This document shows, piece after piece, positions 35,750-45,082 of a stretch of DNA of 64,000 nucleotides (position 1 is the first letter of the stretch; every line of letters begins with the position of its first letter). Both the position numbers and the translations under genes were made by a program. Location: contig JAJYAT010000006.1 in assembly GCA_021779375.1 (NCBI GenBank), positions 33,515 through 97,514 on the forward strand. The letters are read 5' to 3'. The notes under the pieces were generated by a model. That model saw only the letters and a list, made by a program, of their open reading frames with translations, made no database searches and was not told where the DNA came from. This stretch comes from a bacterium (lineage in GTDB: Bacteria > Patescibacteriota > Gracilibacteria > JAHISY01).

Positions 35750-37489
35750 TTAATAGTTCACGATTTTTTCACCGGCTTGCAGCCCGTCTATGATCTCGAC
35801 CAAGCCGTTGTCACTCGTGATGCCGAGTGTGACATTTCTTTCGACCGGCTTTAATTCCTCGTCTGGAACAATAACAAAGGCTTGCTTGCCGTGCTGAAAA
35901 ATATCGCGTTTTGGTACGGCGACAGCGTTTTTGCTTTCAGCGATCAAGATTGAAACATTGGCGGTAAGTCCGGATTTGATGCGTTCGTCATCCGTCGTGA
36001 ATTGCAGGGTGATTTTGTAGCTCGCGACATTATTGATGAGTGTACTGGCGGGATCAATCTTGGTCACTTGGGCTGGGAAAATTGTCTCAAGTCCGTAAGC
36101 GTCCAGGGTGACGTCAGCAGCCGCGCCGACTTTGATTTTCGCCAAATCGGCTTCGGAGATATTGGTTTTGACTTCAAATTTCGCATCGGAAATCAGTGTG
36201 AGCAGAGGCACAGTGCTGGCAGCCATACCGACTTTCGCGTCCTGACGTGTAATCACGCCGGAGAAAGGAGCACGCAAAATCATCTTGTCAATTTGCACCT
36301 GCCAACTGGCGATGCCCGCCTGAGCTGCTTGGATTTGAGCATTGGTCCCCGCTAGTGCGGAAGCTGCCTGACTGACCGCGCCTTTTTGGGCGGCGATCTG
36401 TTCGACAGTCGCTGGGGATTTTTTCAGTGTGAGTGCGCTTTGCGCGGACGCTAAATTATTTTGCGCAGAACTCACTGCTACAGTGGCATTCGTAATGTTG
36501 GTCGAGTTCAGAGACAGCTGTGCCGTAATTGCTTGGGCACGACCGGTGAGCGCTGCGGTGCTGGCGTTTAGTCCGTTACGCGCCACCGCAAGACTGACTT
36601 TCAAATTATTGAGTGTAGCGTTGCTGAAATTAGCTGAGGTGATTGCTACCGTCAGTGCCTGGTTGAGCTCGTCAAAAAATTGACCGAGTGCATTGAGAGC
36701 AGTTTTGGCGCTGATGAGCGCAGCATCCGCCTGCGTATTGTCGCCAAGTGGCGTAGTTGCCAACATTTGCAGTTGCGCTAATTTATTTTGCGCGTCCGGC
36801 CAAGCGGCTTTGACTCTATTCTCGAGCGCGGAATCCGTCGTGCTGAAAGTCAGCGTCACATTCAGGGGATCATCGTGGAAAAATAATCCATAAATTTGCT
36901 GATTTAAGGCTGTGTCTGCCGTGATAAAAGCGCTGTTCAATAAATCCGGCACGCTCGTGTAAAGATTCTGTAAATCCGCAGCGGCTTTGGCTTGTGCGGT
37001 CGCCAGAAGTTTTTTGGCATCGGCTAAGGCTAGCGTGGCGTTATTGAGTTGCGTTTCAGAAAGTTGGACATCTTCCGGTTTGGTGCCCTGTTCCAAATCG
37101 GCAAGCTTCGCTTTCTGAATTGCAAGATTGGCGCTGGCTTGACCGACGAGCGCCTGGGCGCTGGCGAGACTGGCTTTGGCACTAGCGAGACTGGTGTCGA
37201 GATCTGCGTGATCAAGCTCGACCAAAATTTGTCCGGCAGTGACATGGTCGCCGGTATCGCCATTTACCTGGACAATCCGCCCGCCGCGCTCGAAACCCAG
37301 CTCGACAGTTTCGACCGGATTCACTTGTCCGGTTACGTTAATTTTTGCTTTTAAATCGCTCTGCATGACAGTGAACAAACTTTGTATCGGCAGACTGGTC
37401 GAGCGCGTGACGAAATAATAAGCGCCGCCACTGACTAGGACGAGCGATCCGAGACCAAGTGCGAGAAAGTACTTATTGAGTGAAAGCAT
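35750..37489 (-). CDS. Long HlyD-family membrane fusion protein with extended Ala/Gln-rich coiled-coil hairpin
   Basis: 579 aa. N-terminal TM anchor. The lipoyl halves (VNGDTGDHVTAGQILVELD ... APFSGVITR) are separated by about 300 aa of coiled coil. C-terminal beta-barrel and MP domains. Confidence 0.65.
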   Translation of the reverse strand: MLSLNKYFLALGLGSLVLVSGGAYYFVTRSTSLPIQSLFTVMQSDLKAKINVTGQVNPVETVELGFERGGRIVQVNGDTGDHVTAGQILVELDHADLDTSLASAKASLASAQALVGQASANLAIQKAKLADLEQGTKPEDVQLSETQLNNATLALADAKKLLATAQAKAAADLQNLYTSVPDLLNSAFITADTALNQQIYGLFFHDDPLNVTLTFSTTDSALENRVKAAWPDAQNKLAQLQMLATTPLGDNTQADAALISAKTALNALGQFFDELNQALTVAITSANFSNATLNNLKVSLAVARNGLNASTAALTGRAQAITAQLSLNSTNITNATVAVSSAQNNLASAQSALTLKKSPATVEQIAAQKGAVSQAASALAGTNAQIQAAQAGIASWQVQIDKMILRAPFSGVITRQDAKVGMAASTVPLLTLISDAKFEVKTNISEADLAKIKVGAAADVTLDAYGLETIFPAQVTKIDPASTLINNVASYKITLQFTTDDERIKSGLTANVSILIAESKNAVAVPKRDIFQHGKQAFVIVPDEELKPVERNVTLGITSDNGLVEIIDGLQAGEKIVNY

Positions 37490-37498
37490 AAGAGTGGA

Positions 37499-37912
37499 TT
37501 AATCGTTAAGTTTTTCGAGTAAATGTATCAGATTGCGTTTTTCAGTCGCATTGAGCTGCTCAAGAAAATCTCGTAAATGCTTGCGAATGAAAGTTTGGCA
37601 AGACACCAGAGTTTTCTGACCTGCGGGCGTGAGTGTCAGCAAGACTAGCCGTCGATCACTCGCCTCGAATTTACGAGCCAGTTCGCCCTTTTTTACGAGT
37701 CCGTTGACGATGGCGGTAGCTGAAGGCGGCTGGATGGCTAGATAGTCCGCGAGCATTTTCATCGTGGTTCGATCGTGTCTCGCCACGAAACGCAAAGTCT
37801 CAATCTGTACGTGCGAAAATGATCCGACACCACCGACGGACTGCAATTTGCTTTTGAATGAACGCAAACTGGTGATGAGCAGCGTGACGAGTTTTTCAGT
37901 GAGAATGTCCAT
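37499..37912 (-). CDS. MarR family transcriptional regulator
   Basis: 137 aa. wHTH region TMKMLADYLAIQPPSATAIVNGLVKKGELARKFEASDRR. First gene of the efflux operon. Confidence 0.8.
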   Translation of the reverse strand: MDILTEKLVTLLITSLRSFKSKLQSVGGVGSFSHVQIETLRFVARHDRTTMKMLADYLAIQPPSATAIVNGLVKKGELARKFEASDRRLVLLTLTPAGQKTLVSCQTFIRKHLRDFLEQLNATEKRNLIHLLEKLND

Positions 37913-37945
37913 AGTACTTAGCTAGTGGAATTGTTAGAGTGCCTA

Positions 37946-37973
37946 ATTATACTCAAAAGTTTGGCGAAAGCAA
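37946..37973 (-). promoter_or_regulatory. Candidate promoter of the marR-efflux operon (TTGCTT-16 nt-TATAAT on the minus strand)
   Basis: The reverse complement of 37968-37973 is TTGCTT and of 37946-37951 is TATAAT. This lies 33 nt upstream of the marR ATG. Confidence 0.4.
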
Positions 37974-38037
37974 GTCTCGATTTTCTCCGACACTCGTGGG
38001 GAGAAAAACCGTAATCCGGATTAAGCCAAACTGACAC

Positions 38038-38067
38038 TTGACACCCCCTGGGGGTGTGCATTACACT
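38038..38067 (+). promoter_or_regulatory. Promoter (TTGACA-18 nt-TACACT) with overlapping CsoR-family operator ACACCCCC-T-GGGGGTGT
   Basis: TTGACA at 38038-38043. A perfect 8+1+8 palindrome at 38041-38057 occupies the spacer. TACACT at 38062-38067. The regulator ATG is at 38089. Confidence 0.65.
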
Positions 38068-38088
38068 GGCGGCATAACCCCTTTAATT

Positions 38089-38337
38089 ATGTCTGACACC
38101 ACTGAAATCAAAAAGCGTCTCGCCTTCGTGCGCGGTCAACTCGACGGACTGGTTCGCATGATCGACGCCGGCAAAGATTGCTCCGCAGTCATCATCCAAT
38201 TCAAGGCCGCCAAGGCGGGACTGGAAAAAGCCGGCGCGCTTTTCACGAAGAATTACATGTTGGAATGCCTAGCCAAAAAGAAAACCAAAACTTCAGCCGC
38301 TGATTTGGAGAAGCTGTTGATTGAGGCTTTCAAATAA
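38089..38337 (+). CDS. CsoR/RcnR/FrmR/CstR-family (DUF156) transcriptional repressor
   Basis: 82 aa from the ATG at 38089. KKRLAFVRGQLDGLVRMIDAGKDCSAVIIQ...YMLEC with Cys31 and Cys60 (29-residue spacing). The residue at C60-4 is Tyr, not His. The TTG at 38038 in the ORF track is the -35 box. Confidence 0.75.
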   Translation: MSDTTEIKKRLAFVRGQLDGLVRMIDAGKDCSAVIIQFKAAKAGLEKAGALFTKNYMLECLAKKKTKTSAADLEKLLIEAFK

Positions 38338-38391
38338 AGAGTGGGCTGAAAAATTTCCATTTTGCTCTAAAAAAAAATTAACTATTTCCCA

Positions 38392-40269
38392 ATGCAGAAA
38401 AAACCCTCCACTCTTCTCGTGCTCGGTCTCGGCCTGATTGCCACCGTGAATCTGGCTGGTTGCGGCGCGGACAATTCGCTGCCACCCGCTGCGCCCGTCC
38501 TCACCGAGACGGCTGTCCGTGCGAGTCTGCCGGAGAATCTCGATCTCACCGGGACACTCACGCCCGTGCGCGAAACTGACGTCGCCGCGAAAGTGCCGGG
38601 TCGGATCATCGCGCTCAATACCGCGGTCGGTTCACACGTCCAGGCTGGTGAGATCCTCGTGGAGCTAGACGCCGGGACAGAAAAAGCTGTGAATGCGAGC
38701 GTCGTCGCTAGCCTCAATCAAGCGGCAAATAATTTGGCGACGGTTCGTGCGCTCTACGACGAACGCATCGCGAGTGCGGAAAAAAGTCTCGCGACTGCAC
38801 GTCTCGCCGGTGAAAAAAATCTCGACCTCGCCGAGACTCAGCTGAGTGAAACGCAAACCAGTGGTCTGGCGGCGGCAAATTCCGTCGGTGCATCGACTGT
38901 CTCACTCGTCGCCACGGAGCTCGCAACTGCCAAAAACGATCTCGCCAACAATGCCAAATCTGCCGCGACCAGTGCGGCGATGTACACTCAATCCGTCGCG
39001 GATTTCCTCGATCAATTACTCGGTGTCACTGACACCAATAAGAGCCTAAATGATAACTTCGAAAGTAATCTCGGCGCGCTCGACAGCAGCGCCAAAATTC
39101 TTGCCGAGGAAGCGACACGCGCGCACATCAGTGCAAACCAAGCTTTTCGCGCGGATTTCAACGCGCATCTGCTGAATCTCACGCCGACGGCAGCCGAGCT
39201 CGATCACAATCTCGTGCTCGCTGAAGCAGCGCTCACGACGGCGAAAACTGCACTCGAGAAGACGTCCACTTTGCTGCTGAAATCAATCACCTCGGCGAAT
39301 TTTGCAAGCGCCGCACTGGAAGGTTACAAGGCGAATGTGATGACACTCGGCGGCAGCGTCGAACAAACTCTGCTCGCTGTGAAAAATTTACGTGGTAGTA
39401 ATGGCATCGCTTCCCAAATCGCCGTACTCGAACAGCAGCTCGCACAAACCAAGCAACAAGTCGGAGCGAATACGACGGGCGTCGAATCACAAATCACGAT
39501 TCTCCAAAAACAAGTCGCAAAATCCCGCACCGATGTCGCAGCGCAAATCGAAGCGGCTGAACTCGGTCTCGCAACTCTCAAAAAAGAAAAGGACGCGAAA
39601 GTTGCTGAAGCGCAGGCGCTGCTCGTTCAGCTGCGCGGACAAGCCGGCATCACCGCCGAGAGTCTCGAGAGTGCGCTCGTGCGTGCGCCTTTCTCCGGTA
39701 TCATCACGCAAAAATTCGCCGATGCGGGACAAGTCGTGAATCCGAGCCAACCGCTCCTGCACATTGCCGACGAAAGCCAATTCAAAGTCGTGCTCGGAGT
39801 TCCCGACACGGCAGCCTCTGTGCTTGGTGTCGGTCGCGAGGCAACTGTCACAGCCGACGGAATCGCGAATCAAACTTTCGCGGGACGCATCACGCAGATA
39901 TCCCCTGCCGCAGATTCGGTTAGCAAAAAAATCAGCATGGACGTCACTTTGGAAAATCCCAACGCCGCGCTCAAAACCGGGCTCTTCGCTCGTGTCGCTT
40001 TCGCGCTCGCCGACACGGAGGGTGTCATCGTCCCTGCCGCTGCGCTCGTGAGTCGTTATGGCGAGAATTTCATTTATGTCGTCGCAGACGGCAAGGCCGT
40101 CGAGCGCAGTGTCGTGATTGGCAATCGTACTGCCAAATCGCTCGCAATCACTGAGGGAGTGCAAGCCGGCGAACAAGTCATCGTGAAAGGTCAGCGCTAT
40201 TTGCGCGACGGCGACAGTGTCGCTATTCAGACGAGCAGCGATGCGGTCGCCACTGCCAACTCTAAATAA
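38392..40269 (+). CDS. RND-type periplasmic adaptor (MFP) lipoprotein with very long coiled-coil
   Basis: 625 aa. Lipobox LAGC after the signal peptide. Lipoyl halves VGSHVQAGEILVELD ... APFSGIITQ are separated by about 320 aa of Ala-rich coiled coil. Confidence 0.7.
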   Translation: MQKKPSTLLVLGLGLIATVNLAGCGADNSLPPAAPVLTETAVRASLPENLDLTGTLTPVRETDVAAKVPGRIIALNTAVGSHVQAGEILVELDAGTEKAVNASVVASLNQAANNLATVRALYDERIASAEKSLATARLAGEKNLDLAETQLSETQTSGLAAANSVGASTVSLVATELATAKNDLANNAKSAATSAAMYTQSVADFLDQLLGVTDTNKSLNDNFESNLGALDSSAKILAEEATRAHISANQAFRADFNAHLLNLTPTAAELDHNLVLAEAALTTAKTALEKTSTLLLKSITSANFASAALEGYKANVMTLGGSVEQTLLAVKNLRGSNGIASQIAVLEQQLAQTKQQVGANTTGVESQITILQKQVAKSRTDVAAQIEAAELGLATLKKEKDAKVAEAQALLVQLRGQAGITAESLESALVRAPFSGIITQKFADAGQVVNPSQPLLHIADESQFKVVLGVPDTAASVLGVGREATVTADGIANQTFAGRITQISPAADSVSKKISMDVTLENPNAALKTGLFARVAFALADTEGVIVPAAALVSRYGENFIYVVADGKAVERSVVIGNRTAKSLAITEGVQAGEQVIVKGQRYLRDGDSVAIQTSSDAVATANSK

Positions 40270-40286
40270 TTTAACTATTTTCTGCG

Positions 40287-43200
40287 ATGGAAAACTTTTA
40301 CGCCCGTTTCGCTCGCGTCTTCGTGACGAATAAGCAACTCTCGCTCCTCCTGATTCTAGTCAGCTTTGCTGCCGGAATCCTGGGTTTTTACGCTACGCCG
40401 AAACAGTACAATCCCGAAATCACACTCCCCGCTTTTCGCATCACGACGGATTTTCCCGGAGCGACCAGCACGGAAGTTGAGCGGCTTGTGACGAGTGAAA
40501 TTGAAAACAAGCTGATGGAAATTCCCGGCGTCGACGAGCTGATGAGTCAATCTTTCGCGGGCGGACGCAGCGTCGTCTCGGTCATGTTTAAAATTGGCGC
40601 GGATCTCGACAAGGCCAAAACTGAGGTTTTCGAAAAAATGGCGGGCAATCTGGAGCTGGCGCCGCTCGGCGTAGGCGCGCCGCTCATTCAGCAAATCAAT
40701 CCGGAAAATGTCCCGGTTCTGACGCTCGCGCTTTCCAGTCAAACTTATTCGGCGGAGGGTTTACGCGAATTCGCTTACGACCTGCGTGAGCAGCTCAAAA
40801 CCGTGCCCGGAGTGACCAATCTCGAAGTCAAAGGCGGACGCGCTCGAGAGCTCAACATTTTTCTCGATCCGGGAAAAATGTCCGCGCGCGGTGTCGCGGT
40901 GACCGACATCGTGAATGCAATCAAAGCGAATAATTTGCGCGTCCCGGTCGGAGAATTACAGAGCACTGAAACTTTCATTCCCGTCGAAGTGGATGGCAAT
41001 CTCGTGAATCGTAATCAGCTAGCTGCACTCACAGTCGGTGGGCTCGGAGCCGAAGTCGTGCACCTCGAAGATGTCGCGCAAGTCGAGGATAGTTTTGAGA
41101 CAATCGAAAATCATGTGCGCTTCGCAGAAAAGGCAAATTCCGAAACGGCTTCGCCGACGCCTGCGACAGCGGAAACCACTTCAAATACAGTCTTTCTCTC
41201 GCTCGCCAAACTCAAAGGTGCGAATGTCTCTGACGTGACGGCAGCCGCGCTCGCGAAAGTCGAGGCACTTAAAAATAATTTTATTCCGGACGGCATCACG
41301 CTGACCGTCACACACGACGAAGGTACAACCGCGCGCGAAGAAGTGCAGATGCTCACGGAACACCTTTTCTTCGCGATTGCCATCGTCACGATTACGCTCA
41401 TCTTTTTCCTCGGTTGGCGCGCGGCACTCGTAGTGGCGACAGCGATTCCGCTCACGCTGGCACTCGTATTTTTCGTCGGCTTTATCTTTCACCAGACGAT
41501 CAATCGCATCACGCTTTTTGCTTTGATTTTTTCGCTCGGGTTGCTCGTCGATGACGCCATCGTCGTCGTGGAAAATATTTACCGCCACTTCAACAAAGGT
41601 CAGGAAAGTAAAACTGAGGCGGTCATCCGCGCCACGGGCGAAGTCGGCATGGGTGTACTGCTCTCGACCGTCACCGCAGTCATCGTCTTCTTACCAATGG
41701 GTTTCGTGACCGGCATGATGGGCGCGTACATGGGACCGATTGCTTTCTTCGCGCCAGTCGCGCGGCTCGCGAGTCTCTTCGTCGCTTATTCATTTTCGCC
41801 CTATCTTTCGCTTATTTATCTCGAAGAAAAAGGCGCGCAACACGAGCAACATTCCACCAAGCTTGATGTTTGGTATCGCAAACTGATTCAAAAAATTCTC
41901 GGTAATCGGCAGCTGCAAAATAAAATTCTCGGCGGCGTCATCCTCGCGACGCTGCTTGCATTTACTTTTCCGGTCTTCGAATTCATCCACTTTCGCATGT
42001 TGCCGAAGGCGGATCGCGAGCAATTTTACATTTACCTCGACGCGCCGGAAGGTACGAGTCTCGCGCAGATGGATGCCTTCGCTGCGCGCGCGGAAAAACT
42101 CAGCCTGCAAAATCCGGATGTCATTTCCGTGGAAACTTTTGTCGGCACCTCACAAGTGCTGGATTTCAATGGTCTGTTTCGCGGTGCCGATGCGCGCGTT
42201 TTTCCTTATCAGGCTACGCTCAAAGTGGATTTGAAAAATCCCAAAGAGCGCGCGCTCAAAAGCGAAACTATCGTCGCCGCACTGCGACCGCAGGTGCTTG
42301 AGCTCTTTCGGGATGAATTGGATTTGAAGGTGAAGCTCGTCGAAGATCCACCCGGTCCACCGGTGCTCGCGACTCTGCTCGCCCGCGTGAAAGGTCCGGA
42401 CGAACGCGTGCGCGAAAGTATCGCTCGCGACCTGCTCGCGATGTACCGCGCGACACCAGGCATCGTCGATCTCGACACTTCCCTGCCGTCTGGCGCGACG
42501 GAAAAACTCATTCGTCTCGACCACGCGAAGCTCGCCAGCTCCGGACTCTCTGCCGCTGAAGTGATTCAATCGCTCACCGCGGCAATCTCCGGCAGCAAAA
42601 TCTCGATTGCTCATCTCGACACGCGCGAACGCAATTATGTCTACGTGCGCTTCGCCGCGGATGCGCGCAGCACTCCCGCCAAACTGGACCAGATTTTTTT
42701 CCGTAACCACCTGAATCAAATGGTGGCACTCGGTAGCGTCTCCGAAATCGTCGACACCGCGACCGCAAGTCCGATTTGGCACGACAAACGCGAGGCGATG
42801 ACACTGGTTTCCGGTGAAATGAGTGGACGCGCCGTCACTTACGCGGTGAAAGATTTGATTTTCAAATTACTGGATTATCAGGGACCAGCGACCACTCAAG
42901 CCGCGACACCGACTGAAAACACCAAGCTCAAGCTTACGGGCTGGAATTTATTTGGTCTGAATTACCGTGACCAAACCACGGGCGACAATTATCGAATTGA
43001 GTGGGGCGGTGAATTTGAAATGACTTTGAAAAATTTCCGCGACCTCGGAATCGCGATGCTCATTTCTTTCTTCCTAATCTACATCACGCTCGTCGCGCAA
43101 TTCCGTTCCTTCCGTTCGCCCGCGCTCATCATGACGGCGATTCCACTTGCTTTCGCTGGCATCCTGGTCGGCTTCGCAGTGCTCGATCGCTTCGGAATTT

Positions 43201-43529
43201 ATTTCAGCGCGACCTCGATGATTGGCGTAATCGCGCTTGGCGGCATCGTCGTCGGCAATGCGATTCTCTTGCTGGATTTCATGGAGCAACTTCGCGAGCG
43301 CGGCTTCACGCCGGAAATGGCAATCATCGACGCCTGCCAGACACGCTTGCGCCCGATTCTCCTGACCGCACTCACGGCGGTACTCGGCTCACTCGTCATC
43401 GTCGCCGATCCGGTCTGGTCGGGTCTCGCCTGGGCAATCGCCATCGGTTTGACGATTTCCACCGCGCTGACTTTGGTGATTTTTCCGATTCTGTATTTGC
43501 GATTTGGCAGCGCGACTGCTGAGAAATAG
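40287..43529 (+). CDS. RND efflux permease (AcrB/CzcA superfamily)
   Basis: 1080 aa with 12-TM topology and two large loops. Conserved TM4 region SLGLLVDDAIVVVENI. Confidence 0.9.
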   Translation: MENFYARFARVFVTNKQLSLLLILVSFAAGILGFYATPKQYNPEITLPAFRITTDFPGATSTEVERLVTSEIENKLMEIPGVDELMSQSFAGGRSVVSVMFKIGADLDKAKTEVFEKMAGNLELAPLGVGAPLIQQINPENVPVLTLALSSQTYSAEGLREFAYDLREQLKTVPGVTNLEVKGGRARELNIFLDPGKMSARGVAVTDIVNAIKANNLRVPVGELQSTETFIPVEVDGNLVNRNQLAALTVGGLGAEVVHLEDVAQVEDSFETIENHVRFAEKANSETASPTPATAETTSNTVFLSLAKLKGANVSDVTAAALAKVEALKNNFIPDGITLTVTHDEGTTAREEVQMLTEHLFFAIAIVTITLIFFLGWRAALVVATAIPLTLALVFFVGFIFHQTINRITLFALIFSLGLLVDDAIVVVENIYRHFNKGQESKTEAVIRATGEVGMGVLLSTVTAVIVFLPMGFVTGMMGAYMGPIAFFAPVARLASLFVAYSFSPYLSLIYLEEKGAQHEQHSTKLDVWYRKLIQKILGNRQLQNKILGGVILATLLAFTFPVFEFIHFRMLPKADREQFYIYLDAPEGTSLAQMDAFAARAEKLSLQNPDVISVETFVGTSQVLDFNGLFRGADARVFPYQATLKVDLKNPKERALKSETIVAALRPQVLELFRDELDLKVKLVEDPPGPPVLATLLARVKGPDERVRESIARDLLAMYRATPGIVDLDTSLPSGATEKLIRLDHAKLASSGLSAAEVIQSLTAAISGSKISIAHLDTRERNYVYVRFAADARSTPAKLDQIFFRNHLNQMVALGSVSEIVDTATASPIWHDKREAMTLVSGEMSGRAVTYAVKDLIFKLLDYQGPATTQAATPTENTKLKLTGWNLFGLNYRDQTTGDNYRIEWGGEFEMTLKNFRDLGIAMLISFFLIYITLVAQFRSFRSPALIMTAIPLAFAGILVGFAVLDRFGIYFSATSMIGVIALGGIVVGNAILLLDFMEQLRERGFTPEMAIIDACQTRLRPILLTALTAVLGSLVIVADPVWSGLAWAIAIGLTISTALTLVIFPILYLRFGSATAEK

Positions 43530-43676
43530 ACTGGAAATTGAGCTAAATTTTTCGTGCAAAAAATATAATGACAGTTGCAGTTTTTTGCGTATAATCATCA
43601 TAAATAATGATTTGGTTTTTGAGTTGTATGGATTGAGTGGGAAGAAAAGGAGAGTGGTTTTAGATAGTTAAACAAA

Positions 43677-44639
43677 ATGCAACGAAAATTCGTTTACAAT
43701 CTCGAATTCCGTCCACATGTTAACCAGATGCAGATTGGAGATTACCTTTTTGCCCGAGTGCCAGAGTATGAAAACAGAGTAAAAAATTTACAACAGCTTG
43801 TTGATATTCATGATGGTGAATTCCATCTCGCCCCAACTACTGGAACCCATCAAATTACAGCGACCGTGCAAATACCAGAAAAAGAGAAAGTAGCAGCACT
43901 AGACTGGGGACATAATAATCCCACCCAGCTAAATGACATTTTGCTTTCACTAACGCTATTCACTGGCAGGAATGTTTTTGAGATCGATAACAAAGACAAA
44001 GATAAGCCTGTTATCACTGACCAACGAACATTCAACTATGGAGGAAGTTTGGAGTGTGCTTTAAATTATGAATCCGAATTTTTCGATCAAGATAGCGGCA
44101 GAGTTTTGGACAAAAGTGAGGCAAATTATATGACTTATCCGATGATGGTTCAGAGAGATGTAAGCTTAGAGAAGGGGGTAAATGCCGTGCTTGCGACTAT
44201 CTCTACATCAGAATGGCAAGCAAAGTATGATAAAGGCTATTTTCTTTTTCTTTATAGACAAGCCCTACAAAGAGCAATTATTGAAACAAACTTCATTCTC
44301 TGCTGGACAATTTGGGAGCACCTTTTTGCACTTCACAAACGTGATGAGTTATCTGAAACCGAATTAATGAATTCAAAACTAAAGAAAATTGAATTTATAT
44401 TTGAGACATACTTCCAAGAACAACTAACCGATAAAAGCAAACTGGAAATTGAAAGGGTGAAGAGAGCTAGAAATCGGCTTGTTCACTTTGGCAAAAAACC
44501 CGAAAATGTCGATTTCAAAGAAATGGAATTTTTTATACGCACAACTGATTGTTTGGCGGCAAAGACGCTCAACTTAACACCATCAAATCTTTTTAATACA
44601 GAAGAGAAAAGGAAGGAATTTCTTTATCCAATACGCTGA
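43677..44639 (+). CDS. Hypothetical protein with C-terminal HEPN-like four-helix region (RNxxxH motif)
   Basis: 320 aa in an AT-rich segment. The motif RARNRLVHFG has R265-H270 at nt 44469-44486. It follows helices IIETNFILCWTIWEHLFAL. The N-terminal ~190 aa are unassigned. Confidence 0.45.
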   Translation: MQRKFVYNLEFRPHVNQMQIGDYLFARVPEYENRVKNLQQLVDIHDGEFHLAPTTGTHQITATVQIPEKEKVAALDWGHNNPTQLNDILLSLTLFTGRNVFEIDNKDKDKPVITDQRTFNYGGSLECALNYESEFFDQDSGRVLDKSEANYMTYPMMVQRDVSLEKGVNAVLATISTSEWQAKYDKGYFLFLYRQALQRAIIETNFILCWTIWEHLFALHKRDELSETELMNSKLKKIEFIFETYFQEQLTDKSKLEIERVKRARNRLVHFGKKPENVDFKEMEFFIRTTDCLAAKTLNLTPSNLFNTEEKRKEFLYPIR

Positions 44640-44730
44640 TTTGTTGCTGCCTGTTTCGTTCGCCATCTCCGCCTGTCTTGCATTACGTTCCGTAACTCCG
44701 TGTCTCTCCAAAATCTAAACTCCAAACAAC

Positions 44731-44982
44731 ATGAAACCAGATCTCGTCCACTCGCTCAACGCCGATTTCGAAAGCCACGCCAAAAGCACTGAGAGCGGCA
44801 TTGAATTTTGGCTCGCCCGCGATCTCCAGCACTTACTCGACTACGACAAGTGGGACAATTTCGCGCAAGTAATTGCTAAGGCAAAAACAGCTTGCGAAAT
44901 CTCTGGTCACAAAATAGCCGATCATTTTGCTGACGTCGGGAAAATGATCAAGGCGGGAAAGGCGCGTAATATCAAGCCGTAA
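44731..44982 (+). pseudogene. dinD: Truncated dinD (DNA-damage-inducible protein D) N-terminal fragment
   Basis: The 83 aa FWLARDLQHLLDYDKWDNFAQVIAKAKTACEISGHKIADHFADVGKMIKAGK match the first ~80 residues of ~270-aa DinD proteins. The ORF then stops, and no continuation exists in any frame. Confidence 0.5.
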
Positions 44983-45007
44983 AGTCAGAACCGTGAAAAC
45001 TAAAAAC

Positions 45008-45076
45008 CCGTTAATTAACATAACTTTATTATAAAATTAACGGTAAATTGACAAATAAGCGTTAATTTGATAGACT
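45008..45076 (+). promoter_or_regulatory. fic promoter (TTGACA-17 nt-TAGACT, 6 nt before the ATG) with three CGTTAAT(T) boxes
   Basis: Inverted repeat CCGTTAATT (45008-45016) / AATTAACGG (45035-45043). TTGACA at 45048-45053. A third box, GCGTTAATTT, lies inside the spacer. TAGACT at 45071-45076. ATG at 45083 with no Shine-Dalgarno. Confidence 0.5.
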
Positions 45077-45082
45077 TCCCAC

